Source: the human T2T-CHM13v2.0 reference genome, Homo sapiens
Strand: one strand, 5' to 3'
Assembly: GCF_009914755.1 (NCBI RefSeq)
Contig: NC_060947.1
Length of the DNA: 64,000 nucleotides
Shown here: piece by piece, positions 30,901-45,499 of the stretch
Layout: each line of letters opens with the position of its first letter
How positions within the stretch are numbered: the first letter of the stretch is position 1
Notes under the pieces: generated by a model
Database searches by the model: none
What the model saw: the letters and a program-made list of their open reading frames with translations, nothing else
What the model was told of the DNA's origin: nothing
Translations under genes and position numbers: made by a program

Positions 30901-31525
30901 CCAACTTTTTGTTCTGTTGTTCTGTTGTATTACTTTTTGGTTTCAATTTTATTTAGTACTGCTCTGATCTTGTTATCTATTTTCTCCTACTATCACTGTG
31001 TTTGGTTTATTCTTATTTCTCTAGTTCCTTGATGTATGATGTTAGTTTGTAAATTTGAGATCTTTCTGACTTTTTGATTTAGACATTTAGTGCTATAAAC
31101 TTTCCTCTAAGTGCTGCTTTTGCTCTATCTGAAAGGTTTCGATAACTTGAGTTAGCAATGTCATTAATTTAAACATTAAAAAAAAATTCCATCTTGATTT
31201 CAATGCTAACTCAAAAATCATTCAGGAGCAGATTGTTTAATTTTCATGTATTTGTATAGTTTTGAGGGTTCCTTTATGGAGTTGATTTGTAGCTTTATTC
31301 TACTGTGGTCTGAGAAGATACTCATATGATTTTGATTTTTTAAAATATATTGAGACTTGTTTTGTCATTTATGTTCTATCTTGTAGAATGTTCCATGTGC
31401 TGATGAAAAGAATGTATAGTCTACAGTTCTTGGGTAGATCATTCTGTAATGGTCTGTTAGGTCCATTTGTTCTAGAGTGTAGTTTATGTTCATTTTCTCT
31501 CTGTAGTTTATGTTCATTTTCTTTC
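27945..31525 (-). mobile_element. L1PB-type element, 3' end to mid-endonuclease
   Basis: Reverse L1PB-like 3'UTR (TTTCAATAGCTTTTGGGGGTAC...); RT remnants 29896-30234, 30493-30882; EN remnant 31365-31568. Confidence 0.9.
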
Positions 31526-32204
31526 CAAAGTCACAGAGTTGCAAGTTGGATGAAAATGCAGGACCCATCTATCTCCTGTCTTCAGGAGACACATCATCAC
31601 ACACATAATGACACCCATAGGCTCAAAATAGAGGGCTGAAGGAATATCTCTCACACAAATGGAAAACAAAAGAGAGCAGAGCTCACTGTCCTTGTATCAG
31701 ATTGAACAGAATTTAAATGTACAGCACTTGAAAAAGACAAAGAACAGCATTACATAATAATAAAGGGTTTAATTCAATAGGAATATTTAACTTTCTTAAA
31801 TATATATTTAAGAACATTCCACATTGGAGCACACAGATTACTTCTGGACCTATAAAAAGAGTTAGACAGCCACACAATAATATTAAAGGCCTTCACCACC
31901 CTAGTGATACTGTTAAATCATCAAGGAAGAAACTCACAAAGAATTTCTGGACTTAAATTTAACATTTGACCAATTGGACCTAATGGACATCTACAGAAGA
32001 CTCCACCCAACAACAAAAGAATATATATTCTTCTTATCTGCACACAGAACATACTCTAAGATCACACACATTTTTAACCATAAAACAAGTCTCATGAAAT
32101 TCAAAATAACTTGAAATCATACAAACCATACTCTCAGAAGACAGTGGGATAAAACTAGAAATTAATACCAGGGTTTCTAAAACCAAACATTTACACTGAA
32201 ATTA

Positions 32205-32565
<361 letters not shown>

Positions 32566-34411
32566 TGTTTTGAAATGAATGAAAAGAGAGACACAAAATA
32601 TGAAAATCTCCAGGATTCAGCAAAAGTAGTGTAAAGATAAAAGTATATAGCACTAAACATCTACCAAAAGTCTTTAGAAAAATCTCAAATTAGCAGCATA
32701 ACGTCACACCTAGAGGCACTAAAAAAACAATAACAAACTAACCCCAAAACTAGCAGAAGAAAAAAATACTAAAATCAGAGCATGATTGAACAAAATTGAG
32801 ACCCAAAATTCAATGCAAAGAATCATGGAAATGAGAGAATAGACAAAATAGACCACTAGCTAGATTAACAAAAAAAAAAAAAAAAAAAAAAAAGAGAGAG
32901 AGAGAGATCAAAAGAAGCACAATCAGAAATTACAAAGGTGACATTACAACTGATCCCAAAGAAATATAGAAGATCCTCTAAGTCTACTATGAAAACCTCT
33001 ATGCACACAAACTAGAAAATCTAGAGGAAATGGATAAATTCCTACAAACATACAACTTCCCAAGATTAAAATAGGAATAAATTGAAACTCCAAACAAATA
33101 TCCAGTTTCAAAATTGAATCAGCAATAAAAATTTTACCAACAAAAAAATAGTCCCAGACCAGAGGATTTACAGCCAAATTCTATCAGACGTACATAGAAG
33201 AGCCAGTACCAATTCTACTGAAACTCTTCCGAAAAATCAAAGAGCAAGGAATCATTCCTAATTCATTCTCTAATGTCAGCATCACTCTGGTGTCAAAAGA
33301 AAGCTTCCAAAGACATGACAAAAAAGAAAACTACTGTTCAATATTCCTGATGAACATAGACAAAAAAACTCCTCAACAAAATTCTAGGAAACTAAATCCA
33401 GTGGCACATCGAAGAGTTAATTCACCATGATCAAGTAAGCTTCATTCCTGAGATGCAAGGTTGATTGAACATATGCAAATCAATACATGTTATACACGAC
33501 ATACAGAGAAGTAAAAAGAAAGACTATAAAACCATCTCAATAGACTTGGAGAAAGCTTTTTATGAAATTCAAAATCCCTTCATGATAATAACCCTCAACA
33601 ACTAGGTATCAAAGGATCATACTTCAAAATAATAAGATTCATCTATGACAAACCGACAGCCAACATAATACTGAATGGGAAAACATTGAAAGCATTCATT
33701 TTAAGACATGGGACAAGACAAGATTGCTCATACCCACCACCACTATTCAACATCATACTGGAAATCTTACCCACAGTTAGAGTCCCAGCCAGAGTCAAGA
33801 GAAAGAAATAAATGGCATCTGTATAACAAAAGAAGAAGTCAATCTATCTCTCTTTACTGACGATATGATTATATACCTAGAAAACCTTAAAGACTCCACC
33901 AAAAGGCTCTTGGAATTGACAAATGATTTTAGTTTGGGTTCAGGATGAAAAATTAATATAGCATTTCTATACACAAAAGTCAGTGGCATTTCTATACTCC
34001 AATAAAGTTCAAGCTGAGAGACAAACCAAGAATGCAATCCCCTTTACAACAGACACACACAAATAAAATACCTATGAATACATCAAGCCAAAAAGGTAAA
34101 AGATCTCTACAAGGATAACTATAAAACACTGTTGAAAGAAATCATAAGTGACACAAACAAAGTGAAAAAATATTTCATGCTCATGGATTTAAAGAATCAA
34201 TACTCTTAACATGGCCATACTCCCTAAAGCAATCTACAGGTTTAATACTATTCCAATCAAACTACTAACGTCATTTTTTACAGAGTTAGAAAAAAAACTA
34301 TTCTAAAATGAATGTGGAACCAAAAAAAGCCCAACTAGCCAAAGCAATTTTAAGCAGAAAGATTAAATCCAAGGCATCACATTACAGTATTTCAGACTAT
34401 ACTATATGGAT

Positions 34412-35115
34412 GGTGAACTAAAAGTATCTGAGACAGGTCTCAGTCAATTTAGAAAGTTTGTTTTACCAAAGTTATAGATGTGTCTGTGACACAGCCTTGG
34501 AAGGTCCTGATGACCTTTGTCCAAGGAGGTCGGGGTATAGCTTGCTTTTATACACTTTAGGGAGACATGAGGCGTCAATCAATATGTGTAAGTTGGACAT
34601 TGGTTAGGTCCAGAAAGGTGAGACAGCTCAAAGCAGGGGCTTTCAGGTTATAAGTAGACAAGAGACAAAAGGTTGTAATCTTTTGGGTCTTTGATCAGCT
34701 TTTAGCTGAATACATAATTTACATGTGAGAGGGGGGTAAAGGAATAGTTACTTATGCCTTAGCTCCGCTCAGTGAACCTGCATTTTTACATAAACAATAA
34801 GGCAGAGAAAGCAATCAGATACGCATTTTTCTCAGGTGGCTTTGAGTTCTGTCCTTTGTTCAGCACCAATGACGGTAAGCTATCAATTTACATTGCCAGG
34901 GTATAAACCAACAGAACTGTTTTAGGGCAAAGATCTTGAGGCCCATGAAGAATTTCCTTGTGGGCAAATTGTGAGGGAGGTATGTACATTTTTATATTTA
35001 TAGCTATCTTATTTAGAAATAAAATGAGAGACAGATTTACCTGACTCAGTTCCCAGCTCAGCTTTTCCCTTTGGCTTAGTGATTTTGGGGTCATGAGATT
35101 TATTTTCCTTTCACA
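34412..35115 (-). mobile_element. Solo ERV1 LTR, MER4A-like
   Basis: Minus strand begins TGTGAAAGGAAAATAAATCTCATGACCCCAAAATCACTAAGCCAAAGGGAAAAG; host L1 (..ACTATA/GGCTACAGTAACC) resumes after it. Confidence 0.88.
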
Positions 35116-37220
35116 GGCTACAGTAACCAAAATACCATTGTACTGGTATAAAAACATACAGACCAAAGAAACAGAATAGGCAATACAGAAATAAAGCCAC
35201 TCACCTACAAGTAACTGACCTATGAAAAAGTTGGCAAAAATAAACAGTGGAGAGAAGGCTCTCTATTCAACAAATGATGCTGGAAAAACTGGCTAGCCAT
35301 ATAGAAAACAATAAAACTACCCTCCATTTCATCATATACAAAAATTAACTGAAGTTGGATTAAAGATGTTAATGTAAGACCTCAAACTACAAAATTCTAG
35401 AACAGAATCTAGAAAACATTATTCTGGACATTGGGCTTGAGAAATAATTTATGACTAAGTCCTCAAAAGCAAATGTAACAAAACAAAAAACTGAAAGTGG
35501 GACCTAACTAAAGATCTTCTGCAAGGTAAAATAAACTATCAATAGAGTAGACAGAAAACCTACAGAATCGGAGAAAATATTCACAAATCATGCATCTGAC
35601 AAAGGTCTAATATCCAGTATTTATAAGGAATATAAAAAAGTTAAGAAGAAGAAAACAAATAATCCCATTATAAAGTAAGCAAAAACATAAACAGACACTT
35701 CTTAAATGAAGACATACAAGCAACAAACACACGTATGAAAAAAAATTCAACATCATGATCATCAGAGAAATACAAATGAAAACCACAATGAGATATCCTC
35801 TCACACCAATCAGAATGGCTATTATTAAAAAGTCAAAAAACAGTAGATGGTGACGGGGCTGTGGAGAAAAGAATGCTTAGGCACAGTTTGTGGGAATTTA
35901 AATTAGTTCAGCTACTGTAGAATGTGTAAACCAAAAAGTATCTGAGACAGGTCCCTATACATTTTGAAGTTTATTTCCCCATAATTTAGGAAATGCCCAG
36001 GAAGAAGGAACACAGTAATCACAGAAACAGTCTGTGTTCTGTGACTTTCTTCACAGATGATTTTGAGGTCTTCAATATTTAAAACGAAAAAGGATAATTG
36101 AGGAAGAAAAGGGAGGGTACAGTCACATTACTCAATCCACATGTTGCAAGAGAAAAGGAGCAGAGAGTGGAATAGTCAAGGATGTATTAGTCTCAAGCTC
36201 AGTAAATCTGCTCCTTACATAAGATAAGGTGAATATAGAGTAGCTACCTGTGGAGCTACCTGGCCTTTTATCTGTAGCTATTTGCTTAGGAACAAAAGGA
36301 AAGGCAGTTTCTTGCATGACTCAGCTTTCAGCTCAATTTTTCCTTTCGGCATAGCATATTGGGGTCCTAAGATTGTATTTTCCTTTCACATTTTTCCCTC
36401 CTCTCTTTATTAAATCTTTTGGAGAAAGCATCTGAGATTAAAGTGAGTTTCTAGGCTAAGATGCTTTATTCCTAGATGGATAGATTCCATGATTTTAGGA
36501 AAGCTTATTTTTAGCAGGTTATGGAGTCTCACATCTCATGAAGACAAATTAGGATGGGAAGAAAGACAGAAAGCAGCAATGAAGGAGGAGTAACCAGAAA
36601 GGGAAAACAAGCCTGGAAAACTGGCATAAGCCATATGTGGTTTATGTATATAAATAAGTTGCTCTTATTTTCTTCTGAGTTTTAACTTGTCTAGCTTCTA
36701 TTTACAGGGCTTTAAGACAAGCACAACTTTGATGTTTAGTGAGTTTAAATCAGCAATAAAACTGGAAAGAAATAAGAAAAAGTAGAAAACATTACTCTGG
36801 AGACTTGTAGCTGGAAAAATTTTAGAATTCAGTTCAAATTGCAGAAAAATAATAAACATTGAAAAACACTGGATAAAACTAGGGTCTAATAACTGGTATA
36901 CTGTAGTTTTTTAGAAACATAATTTTCTCTATTAAATTCCCCAATTTTTAAAAGACAAACTCATAGAAGGATCAATTTATTTTTAAAATAAGGTTTAGTC
37001 TCATATTTGGCTTGGTTATTTGCATGAAATGCAGCAATAATAATAATATGCCATGTAAGCTCTTTTTTAAAAAAAATGGGTTTGCTGGAATCTTTTTCAT
37101 AAGGAATCCAAGATTAAACCTTTTTTAAAGCCTTGAGATCAGCCAAGGATTTATCTGTGCCTGCAAATACCTTTATGAATTGGGTGAATTTCTCTCTTTT
37201 TGAGGTCCAAGAACATTTGA

Positions 37221-37744
<524 letters not shown>

Positions 37745-40700
37745 GAAATCAGAGTCTTATTTAACTTATGCAAGTAACTATATTATCATAAATTAAGAAT
37801 TCTCACAAAAAGCTCCCAAATTTTGAAACTGACAAATTATGTTTTACATTTTGGTCATAAGAGCATATTTTACTCAATTGTTAAAAGCTGTAAGTAGCTT
37901 AAAAGAAGAAAAGGTTATCTTGGCTCTGAAAAACAAAACAAAAAGAATCAGCAAATGTTTTAAACAAAAAGTCATAAAAATATTTTTTCACTCTTCTATT
38001 TATTCAGTTCATGCAATTTACTCCTATTGTGCTCAATATTGGATTAGAAATCCTGATGAATACATTAGTTATCCATGAGAGTCCTGGAAGTTGTTTTCTC
38101 TATTCCAATGGCACAAACTCTAAATTTATCAGGAATCTATATTTATGAGAGTGCTCCTCAGAGTACTATAGCTGATTATTAACTTCCCTATAAAAGTATC
38201 AAAGTAAAACAATTGTGGATGACAAAAGTCTTAGAACAGCCATAAAGACAAAATTCGTGAGAAAATTTGGTTACTTCTGAGGCATACAACAATTTAACAT
38301 AATAATCATAATTACTATAATACTTCATAGTATACATTAATAAATATCAGAATCACAGGAATCTCATACAATTTTGGAACAAAAATTAATAACACACTTA
38401 TATAAATACAATCCAAAGAGGGTTGAACATTGTTTTATATTTGACAATGCTTTCTGTATTATCTTAGTATACAAAACAATAGAATATTATTATATTACAA
38501 AATAAAGTAATGAAGTAAGAAACATTGAATTTAGAATGTGATTTTGGAAAGTTTGTCAAATGCCAAAGGTTTAAAACACGTAATGTCAAAAAATAGAGTC
38601 ATAAGTCATTGTAAAATAAATCATTGATTTAGCTGAGGTGATAACTCTATGATTTCAAAAAAAGAGCAAAAACCTTTACTCTTCGAAAGAGGAGACTTAC
38701 TTTCCCAAACAATAAGTCATAGTAAAGACAGTATGAGGCTAATTAAATTAAATCTGTCTCTCAAATCTTACAAATAAATCCATTAAATTTTAATCATCTT
38801 GACCATAAGATATAATTTTCATAAACCTTTTTATAATCTTTTACAATTGTTTATGAAATGGTGGGTTAATGTTCAAAGACAACCTTGTTAACCTGGCACA
38901 GGGGTCCAGACACTTGTTTGCATTAGTGTGTATTTTATGTTAGTGTTTAATTTATAGAAAAACTCTGAGATAATTTTCTCTCTCAAACTTGGCCCTTACA
39001 ATCTCATGCACCCAGCTCTTTTGTAATAGTACATGGGCCTAAAAATATTGAATAGTTGTATGTTCATGTGTCTCATGAATGCAGTTTATTTTGATTGTCA
39101 TTTTCTCTGGGATTTGAAGATGAAGCTTTAACTGCTGTCAATATTTAAGATTTAGCAAGAGTTGATGTCTTTTTTAGACCCAGGTGTCAAAGCCCTGTAA
39201 CTTGACAGCACAAGGACTTTGAAAGCCATACAGAATGGGACAAGGATGTAATAATCTTATTTTATTTAATTTTAATCTCAGTTTTCCTAAGTGAATCAAA
39301 AGCTTAATAATGATGACATAAAAATTATTTTGATAAAACATAAAATCTTCTTGTAAGGCCATTTACCAAAAGGCAAAAAAAAGACCTACGGCAATGTAAT
39401 GACTTCTCCCCATGGGGAGTCCTTTTAGATAACCTGCAAGTCAAAACTAATGAAAATGGTACTTGAATTAATTAGACATTGGAGGAGTGCATCCTGGGTA
39501 ATAAGTGAATATTTTTGGTTTCATAGAACAATTTAGACATATTAAGAAAAGATGAGTACAGAATGTTATATTGGAAGAAAACACTTTCTTTATACCTTTA
39601 GAATAAAACATTTTTAACATCAGGCTACAACAGCAGTTAGAACCTAAGGAAAAAATTATGGGAGCTGATGAAAAATTTGAAGGAGAAAGTTATTATCTCA
39701 GGTCTTCTCAAAAAGGAGAAAAAACCTGAAAAGAGTAAGAACCAATAAAAGTTGAATGTTTGGATTAAAATTAAAATGTCTTATAATTTTTTGAGTAAAT
39801 TAATACCTTGTAAAAATTTTGTTTTTCTAACCAATTTTTAGTGTATTAGTGTATTTTTAATATCAAACCTCAGTCTCTAGAAAAATTATTATAAATGATT
39901 TCCTTTTAATTATAGCCAACTTAATCACAAAGATGTTTTTAATTTCTCTTTATGCAAACATTGTTAGGAATTAAACAAGTAATTGACAACAAACTTGGAC
40001 TTTGTGTTTTATCTTAAAAAAAATCTTTCTTAAATAACTACTTATTTCATATTAGGACAGAAATTTACCATACAACACTCGTTCTCATATAAAATTACTT
40101 TTCTTTAATAAAAACATATTTTTTAGAATTTTTTTCCCTTATATATATTTTAATTAGAAATGACCCAGATATTTAATAAATATCTATTATTTTATTTAAT
40201 ATAGCCTTAGATTCTAAATTATATGAAAAGCTTATTTTCAAGCCTTTATTCATTTACATTTACCTAATTGATTTATTTATTAATAACTGACCTAGTTTTT
40301 TTAATGAAAATTGCAATTGCCATCGTTTAGAGTTATTTCTCTGTTAATCATTTTTAGAGCTTGTGAATTTCTAGTGTTTACCTAAGTAAGAAACTTAAGG
40401 TTACATAAACGGGTCTTTTGCTAATAGCTCAGGATTTAGCTGTTTTTATTAAACTAACAATATTAAGATGTCTTATTTATCAAAAAAGTACAGAAAGATA
40501 ATTCTGTTTTGGGAGGCATTTAATAGTTTTATAACCCCCATGCCAAATTTTGACAACTTATCATATTTAGTAGAGATAAAATAAAAAACTGCTTGACCAG
40601 TATATCTAAACAATAATGTATGCTGACCATTCTGAAGACATTTCTAATTTTATTTTACCAATAATTTAAATTCAGCTTATTAATTAAAAAATGTGCTTAA

Positions 40701-41276
40701 GTCACATGAACTTGAAAAAGCATTTAGGATTAAAGTTTCTACTTTCCTGATAAAATATTTTTTTTTTACTATTTAAGCCAACTAATTAGAGCATATATAT
40801 AGAGAGAGAGAGAGCAGTGAAACATTATATAAAGAACATATAAATACATACACAGACACATAGACAAGAGTAGATCTTATAAATTTATAAGACTGTTTTT
40901 TCTTTCTTATTTTAGACTTCCAATTTTTTGAGAACTTATTTCACTATCCAAGGCAATTGTCAGCTAGATAGCCCTAAATTTGCATACTAAAGAAACACCT
41001 CTAACGTGAAACACAGATAGCAAAAATTTACATATCAAAATACAGAGAGAGAAAGTCTGGTTGTGTTAGAGGAAGATTAAAAATGTATGCCAAGTCAAAC
41101 ATAAAATTATAAAAATCTACCAAAGGATTTTATAATGGGACCCATTTTATTTAAATAAGTAGTTCTAAATTTAGTCTTTAAGTTTTAACTGTACCACTGA
41201 GCTCTCAGAGGAGCCCACACTGAATGCTGGGTCTCCAAAAAGAGAGAGATATCATGGGACTATGCCATGTCATGCC

Positions 41277-41336
41277 TTTACAGTGTACTTTTCTTTACAG
41301 TGTACTTTTTTTGTACTTTTCCTTACAGTGTACTTT
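41277..41336. repeat. Short tandem repeat, ~17-bp unit TTACAGTGTACTTTTC
   Basis: Three ACAGTGTACTTT copies plus a partial copy. Confidence 0.8.
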
Positions 41337-41911
41337 GTTTTAAAGAAATACAGTTGTATTTCTTTACATGTCTGAACTGCACTCTTTCTTAAACATGCAA
41401 AGAGTAGCCCCTGTAGCAATAACTATTTACTGTAAACAACTGCCATTTAATCATTCCCAAAAATATATCAATTACCAAGCTATTACAGATACCAAGAAAA
41501 AAATTTTGTCATAATACAAAGTGATTTTTGATACCCTCAAAAGCTAAAAAGATCAGGTAACACAATGCAGAAGAGCACAGAGTTGGACCTGAGGGGAATC
41601 TGCCTTTGGCTCTAGTGACTTCACAAAGAAAGCAGAAGACCCTAAAAGAGGGGTGAGTGGCATCTTTATTCTGAGTTATTTAAGGAGTCTGAGTGATTAG
41701 AAGCGTTCTCTAGGTCTTTTCACTTGGTACAGAAGATGGCAAAGGGAAAGAGTAATAAGGTGGAAGAAAAGTAAATGAAAGAATAGTTTTTTAAGAAAGG
41801 AAGTAAAAAAAGAAACAAAGCACATAGTGTTTTCTTGAAGAGAATTTCAGTCCACTGGAAAAAAAAATTCCCAAAAGCAGGATAAAAAGAGAAGAAACAT
41901 AAAGATAAAGG

Positions 41912-41912
<1 letters not shown>

Positions 41913-41945
<33 letters not shown>
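41913..41945. repeat. (TG)16 microsatellite
   Basis: Direct reading. Confidence 0.98.
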
Positions 41946-41947
<2 letters not shown>

Positions 41948-43304
41948 TGTGGATACCAGCTTTTAATTAAGTTGACTTTAACCATAAAGCTCCTAAAATA
42001 ATTCTTTCAAATCTCTCACTACTCTATTTTAGCTAGAACAAACAGCTGATATACTAAGTTAACATAACTATCAAACCAGAAAGGATTTTATTTAAGAGCC
42101 AAATCCAGCCTGCCACAGTGAAAAGAGCAGAATCTTAGCTACTGAAATATAGCATGAAATGGCCACTATTGTTCTTCTCAGAAGAAAACCAGACAAACTA
42201 GAGGCAGCTTGGTTAGTAAAAGGCAACCTTCTTATGTAAATGAAATCCCTCGAGAAGTCAAAAAAAATTTTTTTGATCATCGTTTGTTATTTGTTATTTT
42301 TGCAGCTGCAGGGAATTTTAGCCGATTCAAAACCCTGGTCCCCATAATTTGGAATTCTCATTTAGATTTGACCTAGTTGGGTAGAGTTGGTCAAATCCTG
42401 TGCAAGAAAGATGAAAACAACAACAGAACACTCTTAAGGTAAGGAGAAATTAGTTAGTGGCTTGTTGTGAATCTTAACTTTTAGTCCTGAAGGAGAATTT
42501 TCAAGACAAAATGGCAATTTGGCTAATTACCTACAAATGGTGCCTGGGCTGAAGCCTGCTCCCTACCATCTCAGAAGCAGGAAAAAAGTAAAACTTGCCT
42601 TCCCTGTTATAAGTGAGCTGAAATTCCAGAAAGGAGTTGCCTGTCCTCCATCATGATGGAGGCACGAAAACTCGCTTTCCTTGTGGGAAGTGAGTAAAAC
42701 TCCAAAACGAGGAGCTGTACAGCAAAATAAACCTTAGATCTCAACCAAATTTAGTGAGATCATAGATTCTGTGGAGGGAGAAGCTCCCAGACTTTGGCAA
42801 ATTGTCTTTGAGCAATAATTGTCTTTGAGCAATAAAGACAATTTGAGCTTGAGCAATAAAGTTAGTCCAGGCTGTTGCCATGAACCCATAGGAGATTAGT
42901 CAAAGGCCACCTCCACTCAGAGTCCCTTCCATTGGTGGCCATTTTGTAAACCAAAAAGGATCTAAGACAGGTCTCAATCAGTTTTGAAGTTTATTTTGGT
43001 AGAACTAAGTACATGCCCAGAAGAAAGGAAAACGTAAATCACAGAAACAGTCTGTGGTCTGTACCTTTCTTCAAAGATTATTTTGAGGTCTCCAATATTT
43101 AAAGGAAAAGTGTGCTAGAAGGAAAAGAGGGAGAGTATGGTTACATTACTGAATCCATATGTTGCAAGAGAAAAGAAGCAGGTAGGAAAATACTCAAGTA
43201 TGTACTATTCTCATGCTCAGTAAATCCACACTTTACATAAGATAAGGTGAACACAAATTCTCATTCAGATTTGAGCTAGTTGGGTAGAGTTGGTCAAATC
43301 TAAA

Positions 43305-45043
43305 ATATATTCAAATGATGATCAAAACTAGAGTTCTTAAAATTACATTAAAAAACATGAAGAAATCAACTGAGGCAAATCATAATCAAATTGCTGAAGA
43401 CACTGAGGAGGAAATTTTAAATATAGACAGAGAAAGAAGACATTACATAAAGATTACCATATATCCAAAAAAAAGAGACAATAACAATAGTAGGCTTCAT
43501 GTTAAAAATAATTCAATCCATGAGGGAATGTATGACATTTTTAAAGTAAAGAAAATCACTGTCAACCTAGAAATATATACCCAACAAAAACAGAATTCAG
43601 AAATTAAAGATAAATATTTTTAAGACAAAAGTTAAAGTGTTAGTAATCACCAGACCTTCACACACACAGAAAAATGTTAATAAAATGTTCAGAAAAATGT
43701 AAAATTATACATGTGGAAATCTGGGCATTCATAAAAGTATAAATAGTACTAGAAACTATATACAAAAATATATAAATATAAAGATTTGTGGGGGGTAAGT
43801 ATGTTTTCATTTTAAAGATCTCTTTACAAGATAGTTGCCTATTTAAAGCAAAATTACACAGTTTATAAAATACATAGAATTAAAACATGTAACCTGGTAG
43901 CCCAAAGGACGAGAGGGTGAAATAGAAATTTTCAATTGTAAGGCAATTAAGCAATATAATATTAATTAAAGGTTGGCTATAATAAACTAAATATGTATAT
44001 TGAAATTTCTATAGCAATCAATAAAAAGCAAAACAAATATAGTAATACATTTGGTGGGAAAAAATGAAATTAACTTTCTATTATTTCCAAATAAAGCAAG
44101 AAATGAGGTAAAAATAAATGAACAAATAACATATGAAAGAGAAAATAAATAGTAGCATAACTGATTTAAACCACAAGATATCAATAAGTACATTAAATCC
44201 CAATGGTAAAACAGGCATTGTCTCAAAGAAATATAATGTGAATCATATGCAGCATTTTAAATTTTCTGGTAGTCATATTATGAATGTAAACATTAACTTC
44301 AGTAATATATTTTATTTAACCTAGTATATTTAAAAGACTATAATTTCAACATATAATCAATGGAAGAGTGTATTAATAAGATATTGCATATCATTTGTCT
44401 CCAGACTAAGTCTCCAAAATCCCATGTTTATTTTACACTTATCACACATCTAAATTGAGACTAGTCATATTTCAAGTACTCAACAGGTATATGTAGCTAG
44501 CAGCTAACATACTGTAAAGAACACAGCCAAACTTTCTAACTAAAATAGATTATCATAATGTATACGAAAGCAAAATTCAAATGCATGTGGTTTACATAAA
44601 ACAAACTTTAAATATAAGAACATTAATATGTTAAAAGCAAATGAAAATAGTATGTTATACAAACACTAATCAAAAGGAAGCTGGAGTGGCTATGTTAATA
44701 TTAGAAAAAATAGAGATAAAAAGTGCTATTTCATAAGGACATAAATATGCTAAATAGGTTCATAATGTAATCACAGAGTTTCAAAATGCATGAAGCAAAA
44801 ACTAATAAAGGATAAACACACAAATTTGAAATAATAGTTGGAGATTTCAATACTCTTCTCAAATAACAGAATAACAGAAGGAAAATAATTTAAATAATTG
44901 CATTAGTTAGAATTTATAAAACTTATTTTTAATACATCCAAATACATGTTATTTTCTAGCTTATACAGAAAAATCACTATGATAGACAATATTTTGGGCC
45001 ATAAAAAGCCACAATAAATGTAAAATCTTAAAATCAAAATGTA
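43305..45043 (+). mobile_element. Very old L1M (MC/ME-like) ORF1/EN fragments
   Basis: ORF1-like remnant 43315-43623, EN-like AAGCTGGAGTGGCTATGTTAATA, ATAGTTGGAGATTTCAATAC. Confidence 0.65.
44212..44526 (-). mobile_element. MER33-like hAT-Charlie DNA transposon fossil
   Basis: TTTTAAATTTTCTGGTAGTCATATT...TATTTTATTTAACC...CTAGTCATATTTCAAGTACTCAA matches reverse MER33 as remembered. Confidence 0.75.
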
Positions 45044-45439
45044 TGTATTAGATTGTAAAGGCTACCTTAACAAAATAGTACACACTAGGTAGCTTAAACA
45101 GCAGAAATTAATTTTCCCACAATTCTGGAGATTAGAAAGCCGAGACTAAGGTGTCACCAAGTTGGATTTTTACTGAGGCACCTGCCCATGGCTTACGAAT
45201 GCCCTCTTTTTTGCTGTGATCTCACATGGTTTTCCCTCAGTTTGTGTGTTGTCGATATTCTAATATCTTCTTCTTATAAGGATACCAGTCATGTTGGATT
45301 AAGGTCCATTGACATGACCTTATTTTACCTTAATCATCCCCTTTAAAGCTCTATCACCAAATATAGTCTTATTCTGAGGTATAGGAATATAGGGCATCAA
45401 CAAATTAATTTGAAAAGGGACACATTTTGACCTATAACA
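45044..45439 (-). mobile_element. Solo MLT1(B/C)-type LTR
   Basis: TGTATTAG...GCTTAAACAGCAGAAATT...CTTCTTATAAGGATACCAGTCAT...CTATAACA. Confidence 0.85.
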
Positions 45440-45499
45440 GTGTGTTCACTGACCAAAATACATTTAAGCAAGATTAAATAACTAAAAGTTACCTTAAAT

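Noticed and set aside
31470-31530. Twin-priming inversion as explanation of the strand switch
   Set aside because: The two arms overlap over kilobases of ORF2 consensus and look like different subfamilies.
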